Sequence record: MH791414.1
Reading direction: 5' to 3' (one strand)
Length of the DNA: 64,000 bases
Below the pieces are notes generated by a model. That model was not told the DNA's origin, searched no databases, and saw nothing but the letters and a program-made list of their open reading frames with translations. The position numbers were made by a program, and so were the translations under genes. This document shows positions 43,296-54,754 of the stretch, piece after piece; the stretch's first letter is position 1, and each line of letters starts with the position of its first letter.

Positions 43296-43744
43296 AGTCG
43301 ATTTGTGATTTCATCGTCCAGCTGTTTTTCTAGTTCGACGATGCGAGCCCGTAGGTCTTGGATCGTCGATTCCGGGTCTTCCATATCCATCATATGACGA
43401 ATGTTACCGGCACAATGGGTATTGATGACGTTTTTTCGAATTGCCCACTCGATTTCTTCTTTGTTAAGAAGAGACATGTTATCAGACAGATGGTCATATT
43501 TTGACATAAAAACCTCACTTCACGATTGGAAAAATTTCATGGTTTTTCGGTGTATTGAAGATTCCCCATACAGCCAAATCCCGAGATGGGGTTGGATACC
43601 CACGATACCAACGAAAATGGAAAAGACGACCGTTTACATACTTGTACAAAGCACCAAATTGATCTGTGTGGGTTGCTTGAGTCCGGAGGTAATCCCCCCG
43701 GACTCTCATTAAGGTTCTAGAAAATCCACCCAAAGGGATAAACA

Positions 43745-44656
43745 TCAAAAGTCCCCCGGTTGAACTTGCCAGCATTCCAGACCCATACCACGCCATGTTT
43801 TTACAACTTGGTCACGGTCATCAACACAGAAACAGACATTAAAACGTGGTGCGATATCACGCCAGAAGATTTCCTCTTTGATGATGTTATCAGGACGCTG
43901 ATCGCCTTTCTCACGTTGGAAGTGGGCATCGTTAGGGATCCCATGCTTATCATACCATTCGGCAGTTTCTTCCATACAAACACCATCACGACCGGAAACG
44001 TTGATGATCAGATAGCCTTTCTCTTTCAGGAGTTTTGCCAGCATAACCACATTTTCGCGGGGGGTGTCTTCACCGACCTTTGACCAGTCGAAAGCGTTGC
44101 GGTCGTTCTTTTCTGCGAGAGTCCCGTCAGTATCAAAGATAACCGCTTTGGGGAGAGACAGATCCGGTTCGTATTGCTTCTTGGTTGTTTCTTCACAAAC
44201 CCGGTCAGTCAGGTTACGGCGTTCAAATTGTTCATTGAATTGAGCAATCATACGATTAAGAACCACGTCACCAACCGCCCAACCACCACGAGTTTTATCA
44301 CGGCGTTTGAGTTCTTCTTCGGACACAGGGAACCAAATAAAAACAACTTCGTATCCCATATTTTCCAGATCTTTAACCATAACACCACGAAGATGTTCAT
44401 TCAGATTGGTATCTGAGATGATAACGTTTTTACCGGCTTCTGCTGCTGCTTTAACCTTACCACGGTTGACCTCGGTCACCAGTGCTTCACGATCCTTCCC
44501 GAAGTTATACGACTTCCAATTTTTGATTTGGAAGAGACTACGCCGAGTATCGTCGCGGTTTACGTTGACAGTTTTGCCTTGAGAGGTTTTTACCATTGCT
44601 TCGGCAAAGGTACTTTTACCGCTCGAACTTGCACCAATAGTGATATATGCGTACAT
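43745..44656 (-). CDS. pseT: polynucleotide 5'-kinase/3'-phosphatase
   Basis: P-loop GASSSGKS, NRDD.RR, SDTNL; HAD DTDGT, SGR and DDR motifs. Confidence 0.93.
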   Translation of the reverse strand: MYAYITIGASSSGKSTFAEAMVKTSQGKTVNVNRDDTRRSLFQIKNWKSYNFGKDREALVTEVNRGKVKAAAEAGKNVIISDTNLNEHLRGVMVKDLENMGYEVVFIWFPVSEEELKRRDKTRGGWAVGDVVLNRMIAQFNEQFERRNLTDRVCEETTKKQYEPDLSLPKAVIFDTDGTLAEKNDRNAFDWSKVGEDTPRENVVMLAKLLKEKGYLIINVSGRDGVCMEETAEWYDKHGIPNDAHFQREKGDQRPDNIIKEEIFWRDIAPRFNVCFCVDDRDQVVKTWRGMGLECWQVQPGDF

Positions 44657-45891
44657 AGTATTCCTTATTTGTATCTTTGTTTAAGATTTCTAATAGTATT
44701 ATCGTACTTTTCTTTGTAAGAGTCAATACAATTTTGTTCGGTTCCCAAACTTTTCTGCATGACGTTAAACATCGATCTGTGATGTTCTTCGATCTCACTA
44801 TAAGCTTCAGAGAAATATTTTTTAAGGTCTTGGTCTTTGCTTAATTGAGTTTTCAAATACTTAAAAGAAAATTCCAGATAAGCACCAAATACGCCCATGA
44901 CACCAGCAAGGTAAGGATATTTGATATTTTTCATGAACAAAGAACAAACCATCATATCTTTATATGATTGTCTGAGTTCAGAAAGCAGTGGGTTAGAGAA
45001 ACTATATACTGTTTCACATGCGGAGATCCACCGCAGTTCTTCTTTTTGTTTAGTAGTTGGACCAACCATAACCGACGGCGGATAAACCGAAGTAGTTTTA
45101 CAAAAATTTTCAAATACTGGGTCTGTAAATTCTTTAATCATAAGTTCCTCAATATTGTTCAGCTAATGACACCAATTTTAACGACTTCATATTCTTGGAG
45201 TTCTTCGAACCCTTTCCCTTTTTTGTGATATTCACTCAGTTCCGGGTCGGATGGTTCTGAATTATACCAAGGGGTGTCATGCTCACCGGAAAGAACACGT
45301 TCCAGAAATCCAACACGATTGGTGATAAAAGGAATAAAGCAATTAAGCTCAAAACAAGCTTGAACATCGTTCTGAAATTCTCCTTCAGACCCAACAGTAT
45401 GGATCCCAACGAAAACCCCTTCAGTACCTTTTTTACGAAGTGCATAAAACATAATTATTCTCCCAATACCTTTTCGAAGTTTTTTAACAAATCCGATATC
45501 CAACAAGGTTTAATGTCATTATGATAAACGGTTTTCATATAATTTAGCAATAGCCTTCTGGCGCTTTTCGCTATTGGTATGTTTGTTCCAAAGCAGGATA
45601 CATTCACCAAGACAGATCATCTCACGTTTGGTAAGTTTTTTAGAACAGACCAGTTCATAAAAAGCATCATTAACTTTATTTGCATCAATCTGTTTCGACA
45701 TGTTTAATCTCGTTTTTAATTATGTATCGGATCCGTTCTGCTATTGCTAGAACTTCCCAATATACAACTTTACGACATTGAATCCATTCACTATGGCATT
45801 TTTTGAATTCTAACGGGTCACGAAGATATAATTTAGCCATTTCTTGACAGTGACTTTCTGTTTCTTCGTTCTTAAATGGTTTGACCATGAT

Positions 45892-46149
45892 TTACCTCAG
45901 TTGAGAATCTTTACTTCCACGACGATTATAAAGACTGGGTTGTTTCTTGTCAAGGAAAGATTGACAAGAAATGCAATAATGTACCACCAACGCCATACGT
46001 CTTTTTTCGGGAATTCGATCCCCACATTCTCGACAATGTGTAGAAGATACACCATGGAATAAATTGGATCTGGCAAAATCTACCCCGTTATCAACGGTTG
46101 CCTTTATTGTGTCTTGAAAATTGTCACAACCACCAAATCCAACAGCCAC
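45892..46149 (-). CDS. TraR/DksA C4 zinc-finger protein (YbiI-like)
   Basis: CRECG..IP..RR...CISCQ; C-terminal YNRRGSKDSQLR as remembered for E. coli YbiI. Confidence 0.85.
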   Translation of the reverse strand: MAVGFGGCDNFQDTIKATVDNGVDFARSNLFHGVSSTHCRECGDRIPEKRRMALVVHYCISCQSFLDKKQPSLYNRRGSKDSQLR

Positions 46150-46932
46150 GATTTATTCCTCATCATACAATGGAGAATCAATGATACCAGATTCATATCC
46201 CAAAATATAGCTGTATGCAGTAGATGCGTCAACAAAACAGCCTAGCAATAATTTCTTTTTGTTTACTAACCGGATCTGGTCATTAAACAATACAATTTCA
46301 ACATCATATTTTTTACATTTTTCTTTTAAAGACAGATAATCAAATATTTCCTTCATACCATTTCCTTAATATTGTTCGATGATAAATTTTGGAACCATTA
46401 CACGATATGTTTCAAAATCTTCTAGCGTAGCATCTCGAATGACCTTTCCAAAAATATGAGTTGGGTCCTCAGACAAGAACGGGTATCCGCGAGAGATCAT
46501 CCCTCGCAAAATTCCAATGGTGTTTTGGTCTTCTTCATAAATATAACCAAGTGCATATTCGTTAACAACTATATAACGAACCTTTCGAATCCCGTTATCA
46601 TCGTACCACCGACCCATTTTTACTTTACCTCTTCCAGAACATCATCAAGCCAATCGAAATAATCTAGATCACCATCGAAGGAAGACGAAACATTATCAGG
46701 ATATGCGAGAATATAATCTCCGGAATGGTTTACGATTCCGTCAACCCAACTAAGGCCCGAGAACCAAGCCGCATCATGACCAACACCGGTTAGTGTGATT
46801 ACATGACCGAAGCAATCGCCGTGCTCTTTTGCTACTTCACCTACAATCCGAAAATTCTTACCAACTGAATATTTTTCCATTATATTTTCCTCTTTGTTTC
46901 TATTAATAATTTACAACATATTGAACAAGAGA

Positions 46933-47295
46933 TCAAACCATTTCGTAATTTTTTTCGTAAGTTCCGATGTTGATACGAACGTAGTAACCAGAATCGAAAT
47001 AGTCTGTCATCACATCACTTTTATCGTAGTTCTTGCTGTTCAGTGCAGCATAGACTTTAGCCATAACTTCGTTTACACGTTCATCCGTGGTGTTCTTCAC
47101 ACGATGCGAGAAGGAATCATAACCGTTTTTAGCAGCATCTTCACCGAAGATGGAGATGTCGAAATCGGCCTTCGAAATGGTCATGATGATCGTGGAATAG
47201 TTCTTGATAGCAAATGAAGCTTTCCAGTTTTTCGGAAGAACCTTTTTCACTTCAACAACCAAGGCCGCTTTCAGCTCTTTGTTCATGTAAGCCAT
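46933..47295 (-). CDS. LPD29-like domain protein
   Basis: NYDKSDVMTDYFDSGYY motif; start reassigned to ATG 47295 behind SD AAGGA. Confidence 0.6.
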   Translation of the reverse strand: MAYMNKELKAALVVEVKKVLPKNWKASFAIKNYSTIIMTISKADFDISIFGEDAAKNGYDSFSHRVKNTTDERVNEVMAKVYAALNSKNYDKSDVMTDYFDSGYYVRINIGTYEKNYEMV

Positions 47296-47328
47296 TTCTC
47301 TTTCCTTCTCTCTTGTTGGTACAGATGT

Positions 47329-47356
47329 ATAGTAACACAATGACGACCAAACGCAA
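47329..47356 (-). promoter_or_regulatory. sigma70-like early promoter
   Basis: TTGCGT, 16 bp, TGT-TACTAT. Confidence 0.55.
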
Positions 47357-47607
47357 TAGGTTATGGATAAAAATATTCAAAGTTACCATACAAAGATTCG
47401 CCATCCGTATCATAACAGATCTTAACATAACAAGGGTAGGTGGACGGTTCCTGATAACCAACCACATCAAAGTTGATTTTCGATTTTAGTTCCTTATCGT
47501 CATTTACCAAAACATAACCTAGCTTGGTGATATCTACATACATAAAATATTCCTTTTGTTAATTTTTACTTTTAAAGTCTAAAATAAGTTTTTGATGATG
47601 TCAAACA

Positions 47608-47631
47608 AAAAATCGCCCGAAGGCGATTTTT
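47608..47631 (-). terminator. intrinsic terminator with C(UUCG)G loop
   Basis: AAAAATCGCC-TTCG-GGCGATTTTTT on the minus strand. Confidence 0.85.
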
Positions 47632-48139
47632 ATTTAATGCAATCACAGTTCCGAAGGAATCTAACGTTTTGAGCAACAGTTTCTACATAGGTCTTGTTAG
47701 ACCCATAACCTGCATTAAAACTCTCAACGACTTTTCTCCAATTCCCACCACGAACTTTTTTCCAATAATCTAGCTCCATTAAAGCATAGTTGGCTGAAGA
47801 TTCCATAGAATTGATCAACTCATTTCTCAACTTGATTCTAGATCGATAAGACATTTTAGAACCAGTCAACTGCTCAATTCTTTTAGTTGTGGATCTCAGG
47901 TTGTTTTGAAAAACACCATAATCACCACTTTTCTTATTAATTAGGTTGACTCCGGCACGACTTTCAGTCAGGGCAATAGCCGCCAAGGTCAGACCGTAAC
48001 CAGATTCATTACCAAGCTCGTAAGCCCGTTGAATCGTGTAGATCTGATTTTCTGTCAACTCTTTATTTTCATATACCACTGCATTAGCAGTGAGCGAAGT
48101 AAGGGATAAAAGGATCCCAAAAAGTAAACCACTTTTCAT
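47630..48139 (-). CDS. vs.1: SLT/lysozyme-like transglycosylase, T4 Vs.1-like
   Basis: Signal peptide; AIALTES (catalytic Glu), YGVFQ, ESFNAG. Confidence 0.75.
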   Translation of the reverse strand: MKSGLLFGILLSLTSLTANAVVYENKELTENQIYTIQRAYELGNESGYGLTLAAIALTESRAGVNLINKKSGDYGVFQNNLRSTTKRIEQLTGSKMSYRSRIKLRNELINSMESSANYALMELDYWKKVRGGNWRKVVESFNAGYGSNKTYVETVAQNVRFLRNCDCIK

Positions 48140-48208
48140 CTTCGAAAAATTCCTCTATTGGTGAATAAGTGGACTTCATAACTCAAAGAGCAAAAGCCCA
48201 AGGTCTAT

Positions 48209-48215
48209 TATTTAG
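48209..48215 (-). promoter_or_regulatory. late-promoter-like CTAAATA inside an inverted repeat
   Basis: AGGTCTA-TTATT-TAGACCT (48201-48219), about 70 nt upstream of vs.1. Confidence 0.45.
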
Positions 48216-48335
48216 ACCTACCTAAACAGAGTATCACAAAAACAACATCAAAGTAAAGGTATTTTTAGTTTCACTTGCAATCAAACTATAAAGTTTCTAT
48301 AAGTATTTATATAGAAGATCTATAATTAGAAAAAC

Positions 48336-48379
48336 GATGAGCGAAGCGAATCCGCGTAGCGTGACTCACTTCGTTCGTC
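48336..48379. repeat. long imperfect GC-rich hairpin in an AT-rich intergenic region
   Basis: GATGAGCGAAGCGAATC pairs with GACTCACTTCGTTCGTC (17 bp, 2 G-T pairs, 2 mismatches) around inner CGC-GTA-GCG. Confidence 0.75.
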
Positions 48380-50263
48380 ATTTAAGGGGTCTAGAATGCT
48401 CTATAACGAATTCTATATTAGGATAGTACAATCCATAAGGTATGTCATATGAACGATTAATGTAGCCCCTTCAAGGTGGTATCCTTTGACGTATATATCT
48501 GATACTTGGTCTTCATATTGTTCGCTAACAAGACTTTCAATAATTGAAAACGTGCCAATTATACTTTCTTTTACTAGGTCGATCTCTTCATCAGACAAAA
48601 GGAAGTGTAATTCTTCACAATACATCTTTGCTTTTTGGCCTTGTGTCCCATTAGTTACGCTGTTTGTGCATGGGTTAATATAGAATTCCGTGGAACCGAC
48701 CAAATGCACAACAGTTTCATTAAACTGATCAATAACCATGAGAACCACCTACAAAATTTTCTACCCGGATTTCATTGTAATCCAGTTTTGCAATAACACA
48801 ACCACAAGATTCACAATTAGACAGTTCTTCCATGAGTGAATCTTTGTCTTTAGACGATCTTACCAAAGAATCAGCCTCATCTTCGCTAAGACGGAGAACG
48901 ATAACAACTCCATCACTAACAGACGACAGGGTGTTAATTACATCGATATTACTTGGTGGGATTACTTCCCAACCAGAAAAATCATAGTTCTTATTCAGTA
49001 AAATTTTAAGAAGCATATTTTATTCCCCAGTCATAGTTGCAACTTGTTCGATTACGCTGGCTGCCTTTTCGATAGACAGACCGGAAATGATGCAGTTGTT
49101 TTCTCGCCCAGTCTCATATTTAACTTTCATACCGGTATGTTTTGAAACTTGTTCCCCATTCATATCTGGATGGTGGAATCGAACGATAACATCAGAATCC
49201 AGAGTTCGACCCAATACGATATAAAAATGGATATCTTTATATTTTACGTTCGGCATTGTTTTGTTTTTAAATACTTCCGCATCTGGTAGTTCTACCTTCA
49301 GAATATCGATGGCCGCAGGAACCAGTTCATTGAGTTCTGCTTCTCGTTGTTCTTTCTTGAGTTGCCGTTCGAATTTTTTCAAGCGATTTTCTACATCGAT
49401 TTTAAGGTCATAGATAGATCCAAGCTCGGTCCCACTCGGTTTGTGGATGAACATACCATCTAGTTTCATGGTGACTTCTGGCTGATTCCAACCGTATGCT
49501 TTACAAAAATCTGATAGTGTATGACTCATATTTTTATCCTCTGTGTTTTTATATAAACAGTATATCAAACCAAATCACTGTTGGTCAACTCATTTTTAGA
49601 CAATTCAACAATAATTTTTACTGGAATTGTGATCGTATATACGGATTTTTTATCGGGGTCTTCTGATGACTTTTTAAAATCTACGTCAAACCCATTCTGT
49701 TCGAATTTTCCAAAAATGCTGGTGTATACAGAATCTTGAATACTCTCAGGACATTTGGAAATTTCATTAATAAAATCGTTAACGTAGTTAGTTGTAAACG
49801 TTGTAGATGTTTTTCTGTTACGGACCATACCATCCGTAATACATTCGTAAATCGTATTTACGGTTTTTGTGATCTCTTGATTACTTTTTGTCAAAATTTC
49901 TTTTGCAATATATGATGCGTTTACTTTATCCATTTTCACATCCTTTATAAAATTAACAGGTCGTGTATTTTGATTTCACCGAATTCAACTTCGATGTTAT
50001 CTTCTGCGTCGGGCCATCCAGATGAAGTTCGTACCCAAGCCCATTTATGGGGTATAGAGATTATAACTAAAACCTCCTTGTTTTTCATCTCATCTGTATA
50101 AATTTCTTTCAAAATCTCTTCTGCAAACTCATCACTGTAATTTTGAAAGTCTTCTACAGCACAACCATTGTTTGTGTATTCTTTTGTGTCAAATGTCATA
50201 GTGACCTCAAAGTCATCTAAAACACCATCTCCGATATATAATGTCATTTTGCTATAAATCATT

Positions 50264-50962
50264 TCAAAGACCTTTTCCTAAAAACCATGTCTGGCACAAT
50301 TTGAATTGGTTGGTAACGTGAGCATAGGATCCTTTACCGGTGTAGGAATAGAAGAATCTGTCTTCTGTTACATTACCGTATTTGACAATCAGAGACTCCC
50401 AAAGTGCAATTGCCTTTTTCGTTGGCTTGTACTTCATATAAGCCCCACTTGGTGCCTTTACTTCGGTATTATTTTTTGCAAACTTCAAAATCTGATCAGT
50501 AACAAGATGTTTGTATGCAGATGGCACGTCATCCATCACGTCAAGAGTTCGACCACTGCCAACTTTACATACCCGTAGTGTGTGATAAGTTGCACCTTTA
50601 CAACCAAGAGACATAGCAATTTTTCGCCAAGTATTGTCGTGTCCGGATTTATCACGAGTAACATAATCTACAAGGTGAGCGATTTCGTGAGGGATTGTTT
50701 CATTGTAGATGTGTTCCCATGCTCTTTCACAAGAAACCATCAGATCGATGTTGATCTTGAGATAGTATTCTCTGGAAGATTGTAACATCCCATTAACAAC
50801 ATCCATTTTGGATCGGTATCCAGCTCGGCCTGCTGACCTACCTTTACAGGTGGAAAACTTGTATTTTAAATCTTTCATTTGTGGGTAGATTTTTATGGCC
50901 TGTTCCATCACAACATCAATACGGTCCAAAACAAGCTTTTCTGCAATTGCCTTCAAATTCAT
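50264..50962 (-). CDS. SprT-like zinc metalloprotease
   Basis: AGRA, ETIPHEIAH (HExxH), GHDNTW. Confidence 0.85.
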   Translation of the reverse strand: MNLKAIAEKLVLDRIDVVMEQAIKIYPQMKDLKYKFSTCKGRSAGRAGYRSKMDVVNGMLQSSREYYLKINIDLMVSCERAWEHIYNETIPHEIAHLVDYVTRDKSGHDNTWRKIAMSLGCKGATYHTLRVCKVGSGRTLDVMDDVPSAYKHLVTDQILKFAKNNTEVKAPSGAYMKYKPTKKAIALWESLIVKYGNVTEDRFFYSYTGKGSYAHVTNQFKLCQTWFLGKGL

Positions 50963-50995
50963 GATTTCTCTCCATATCTCTTAGTCAACACAGAC

Positions 50996-51023
50996 ATCAT
51001 AACATAGAGAGAAATCAATGCAA
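50996..51023 (-). promoter_or_regulatory. sigma70-like promoter for the SprT-like gene
   Basis: TTGCAT, 16 bp, TGT-TATGAT; A-rich UP tract. Confidence 0.6.
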
Positions 51024-52500
51024 GCACTATTTTTTATAAATTTGAAAACTTGGTTGGCGGCATTCGCTTTCTTCGTCTCGGGTTTCGTTAGAGATAATGA
51101 CTGAGACTATCCCTTCCCTAGGGTAACCTTTAAAAGCCTTTACCCTACCGTGACAAAGCTCGCTACCAGACCCATATCTGGTATTGATGTACAACACAAG
51201 ATCACCGATTTCTATAGAACGACCGTCGATGTCTTTTGCAGAGAGTTCCATCGATTCACGTTCTTTCTTCGGGTCATACCGAACTAGAACTTCTTCGATT
51301 TTTTCACCCACATCCGGAATAATAACATAACAGGACCCGGACATTAACGTAAATTTAGGATTATTTTTCTTGCCTACCCATTTTAGACGACCATTAACGT
51401 AATATTTTGAATTATATGACGTTTCTCTAGAATAAGTCCTCCAATATAGAGTTTTGTGATTATCAAATTCCCCATCAACGGGTATGAATTTTGCAACACT
51501 ACCCGTATAATCCCCACGAGTTACATAAATGTAACAATACCCATGTTGTTTTATGTGTTCAACAACCCTGACCATGTTTATGTATTCTTCACTTTCCAAA
51601 AGTGACGACTCGGTTCCGAAAAATGAACCATGTACGCCAAATTTCGTTATCTTTTCCATTACATAGTTACCTTTTCGATTACATCGAAAAATTCAGCATC
51701 GTTTGGAATCACCAACGAAATTTCGGGTTCTTCTGTATCAAAACATTGATATACCGGGTCGAAATAAAAATCCCAGTTCTGGTCGATAGGTCCAAAAAAG
51801 AGGGTATATGGATCTTTCTCTTTTGGTGTGTTGCTACTGAAAGTGATTGTGATATTACACTTTTCGTAGTCTGTGTTTTTGATATCATTCATAACTTCAG
51901 TATGATAATCAATCGCGTTGTATATAGATTTGATATGATCCAGTTTGTGTTGTTCAGATTTATATTTCAGAACTAACTTATGACGTCTCATCATTTTTTA
52001 AATCCCAATTCTTTTATGTATTGATCCTTGACGTATTTGTCGAGGGTTTCATGATCGATACCATGCATAAATTGCTCTAATGATCCTGTAGAAAATATAA
52101 CAAGATTATCAATAAAATGCAATGTATCTTGGAAATTTTTGTAAAGTTGACCTTTCGCCAAGCTTACAATGAATTTTGATAAATTTTCTATATCTGGTTC
52201 CATATTGTGGATATAAATTTGCACAACCCTTCTGGATTGCGCTTTGTTTAATCTAAAATCACTCATTTGGAATATATCCATGTTCGTCTAGCATTTTACA
52301 TGCACTATATATCGTTAGCATATAAAATGCAACTTCAACCGGGATACCATGGACAGTTGTTTTATAAACAACGTCTTTTAGCATACCGGGAAGATTGTTA
52401 TCATAGATATCTTTTAGCGGGTCTTCCAAATGTTTTACTTGTGGATTAGCAGCCTTATATACGATATTGGTGATGTTAGCAACTTCAGTCCATTTCATAT

Positions 52501-52671
52501 TTAAATAATCTCCAAATCGGCATCCTGATGGATTTCTATGGGTTTACCGCAAAAATCACAAGTTGTCTTTTTTCCTCGCGGATCCACATACCAACAATCA
52601 ATTTCTTTTTTGCAGTGTGGACATACCACATAAATACCAGACAATCTTACACCAACTTCAGTTACTTTCAT
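52501..52671 (-). CDS. 56-aa Zn-ribbon protein (below ORF-track cutoff)
   Basis: Manual translation MKVTEVG...VVCPHCKKEIDCWYVDPRGKKTTCDFCGKPIEIHQDADLEII. Confidence 0.65.
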   Translation of the reverse strand: MKVTEVGVRLSGIYVVCPHCKKEIDCWYVDPRGKKTTCDFCGKPIEIHQDADLEII

Positions 52672-53093
52672 TTTGTAAATCCTTCTTTCGATATTTTACT
52701 TAGCAATCTGTTGTGGTAATCATTGAAGTTGATGGAACCACAATCACCATTTGTAGGCCAGTCACATCGTAAGAAAAATTGAGACAAAATATCTAAGATC
52801 TCTTCTCTCTCCCACGTATCCAGTCCAAATTTAGTAATTCGAGACAACAACTTTGTCTCATTCCCATAGATAATTTTAATCTTGTCAACTGGGATTGATA
52901 CGTCTACGTATTTTTCTAACGTATCTGATATTTTTTGATATACAATCATTTCAACACTCTTCGTTATCGCCATCACCAACATAAAAATAATGACAGCAGT
53001 ATTCGCAGTAAATACATTCGTTATTATCAATAAACACTTCACCAAAATCAACTCGACCACCACAATCAGGACAAGCAATAATTTTATTGATAT

Positions 53094-53675
53094 TCATACA
53101 AACTCCTTTAATGTTTCAACCATAGCATACCCATGCCAAGTTACTTCTGCAAGATCTTTTTCATACGTTTTGATGTTTTCTTTGGTGAACCAATATTCAT
53201 TTCGGTCCTTCTCTAACACGTTGACCCCGACATTTTCAAGCCGCTCAAAATAGGTTTTGCAACAGAACGGAATGAACCCACGTTTCAACCACACAACCCG
53301 ACCGTCCATAATCGCAGAAGTGAAAACTTTGTTAATTCTCAATTCTTCACAAATTGCAACAGAACAGGCCAACATTTCGTTAACTAATCCTTTACCTTTA
53401 AACTCATCACTGAGTACAAAGGTATCATGTTCAAAATACCCAGTATGAAGGTTGATACAACGGATCATACTGAGTTTACCAACACAGGACAAAGAAAATT
53501 CGTAGCTAGATCCTTCCTCTTTAGTGACAAGAAGTTCCATACGATGGCCCATCTCTGTACCAGAAATTTCTATGGCTTTTGCCGCGAATTTCATAAAATG
53601 CTTGACAATTATGTTAACCATCTTGCATGGAACAAAGCCGTTTTCGTCATCATAGTTTTCGTATGTAACTTTCAT
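53094..53675 (-). CDS. GNAT-like acetyltransferase
   Basis: FVLSDEFKGKGL (acetyl-CoA loop) and DG..VW.KRGF. Confidence 0.6.
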   Translation of the reverse strand: MKVTYENYDDENGFVPCKMVNIIVKHFMKFAAKAIEISGTEMGHRMELLVTKEEGSSYEFSLSCVGKLSMIRCINLHTGYFEHDTFVLSDEFKGKGLVNEMLACSVAICEELRINKVFTSAIMDGRVVWLKRGFIPFCCKTYFERLENVGVNVLEKDRNEYWFTKENIKTYEKDLAEVTWHGYAMVETLKEFV

Positions 53676-54725
53676 CGTACTACCTCGGAAAAGTTTATAA
53701 CCACAATTCTATACGAATGGTTTTTAAAGTCAACTATAATCGAATAAAAATTCTTTTACTTCGTCAGGTTTGAAAACCAAATCACCTTCAGTTTGAAAAT
53801 ACCAGTTGTTTGCATGACCTTGTTCCCAGTTCAAGGTAACAAGGAACACATCGTTATAATATGGCGGAGATCCCGGTTCTTTCGTTCGGATCACCAATTG
53901 AGCGTCGTATTCCATGTAAATGGATTCACACATGTATTCTCGAAACGGCTTCCATCCCAGAGAATCGTAATATTCGATCATATCCATTATCATTCCTCTT
54001 CTTCTGTGCAGTATTCACACACATCATCGATACCCCCATCAAGGGCACCACCACATTCTGGACAAAAACACACTGGTTGATAAATGATATCGATGATTTC
54101 CATAACTATTTCCTCATTGACTTAATTAGTTCGATTATCTCTCGTTCACCGTCAGCTTGTTTGATCAGATTATCCGCTTGCCAACGATAACTTGATTCCG
54201 TATCTACACAACGAGAATACACTTTAGAAAGCCACTGGTCAATACCTTTCTTGTAGGTTTTTTCATAATCGTTGCATTGGCCCAGTTCAATGAAATTTCC
54301 ATCAATTTCTGTGACCAAGTGATATCGACCACAATAGACCACTGAGAAGCACCCGAGTTGGTCTATTGGTTTTGAGTGGTCCATATGCTGATAAATCTTC
54401 ATTCTTCAATAACCTCACAACACACGCGACCCTCGTTGATATCTTCTGGTATAAAAAGGTTCATTCCAGCACCGTAATATTTCCCATTAAATTTTGTCCT
54501 TATCATCCCATCGGAATATGAATAGGTTTCAAGTTTTTTATCGGACTCGAAATCGTATTTCACACCAACACGGATATCTTGAAGGTAAGGAATGATAATT
54601 TTACATGATTCCAATTCTTCCTCATCAATAAACCGAATCATTTCTGCTTTTTGTTCTTCTGATGCAAACCAGACTTTATAACTAAACATATCTATATCTA
54701 ACATATTAATTCCTTAAAACGAAAA

Positions 54726-54745
54726 GGGAATCCCGAAGGATTCCC
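54726..54745 (-). terminator. intrinsic terminator with C(UUCG)G loop
   Basis: GGGAATCC-TTCG-GGATTCCC-TTTT. Confidence 0.85.
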
Positions 54746-54754
54746 ATAAGTTTA

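Noticed and set aside
44616-44798. 60-aa ORF overlapping the pseT start
   Set aside because: Almost wholly overlaps 44665..45141 and pseT in another frame
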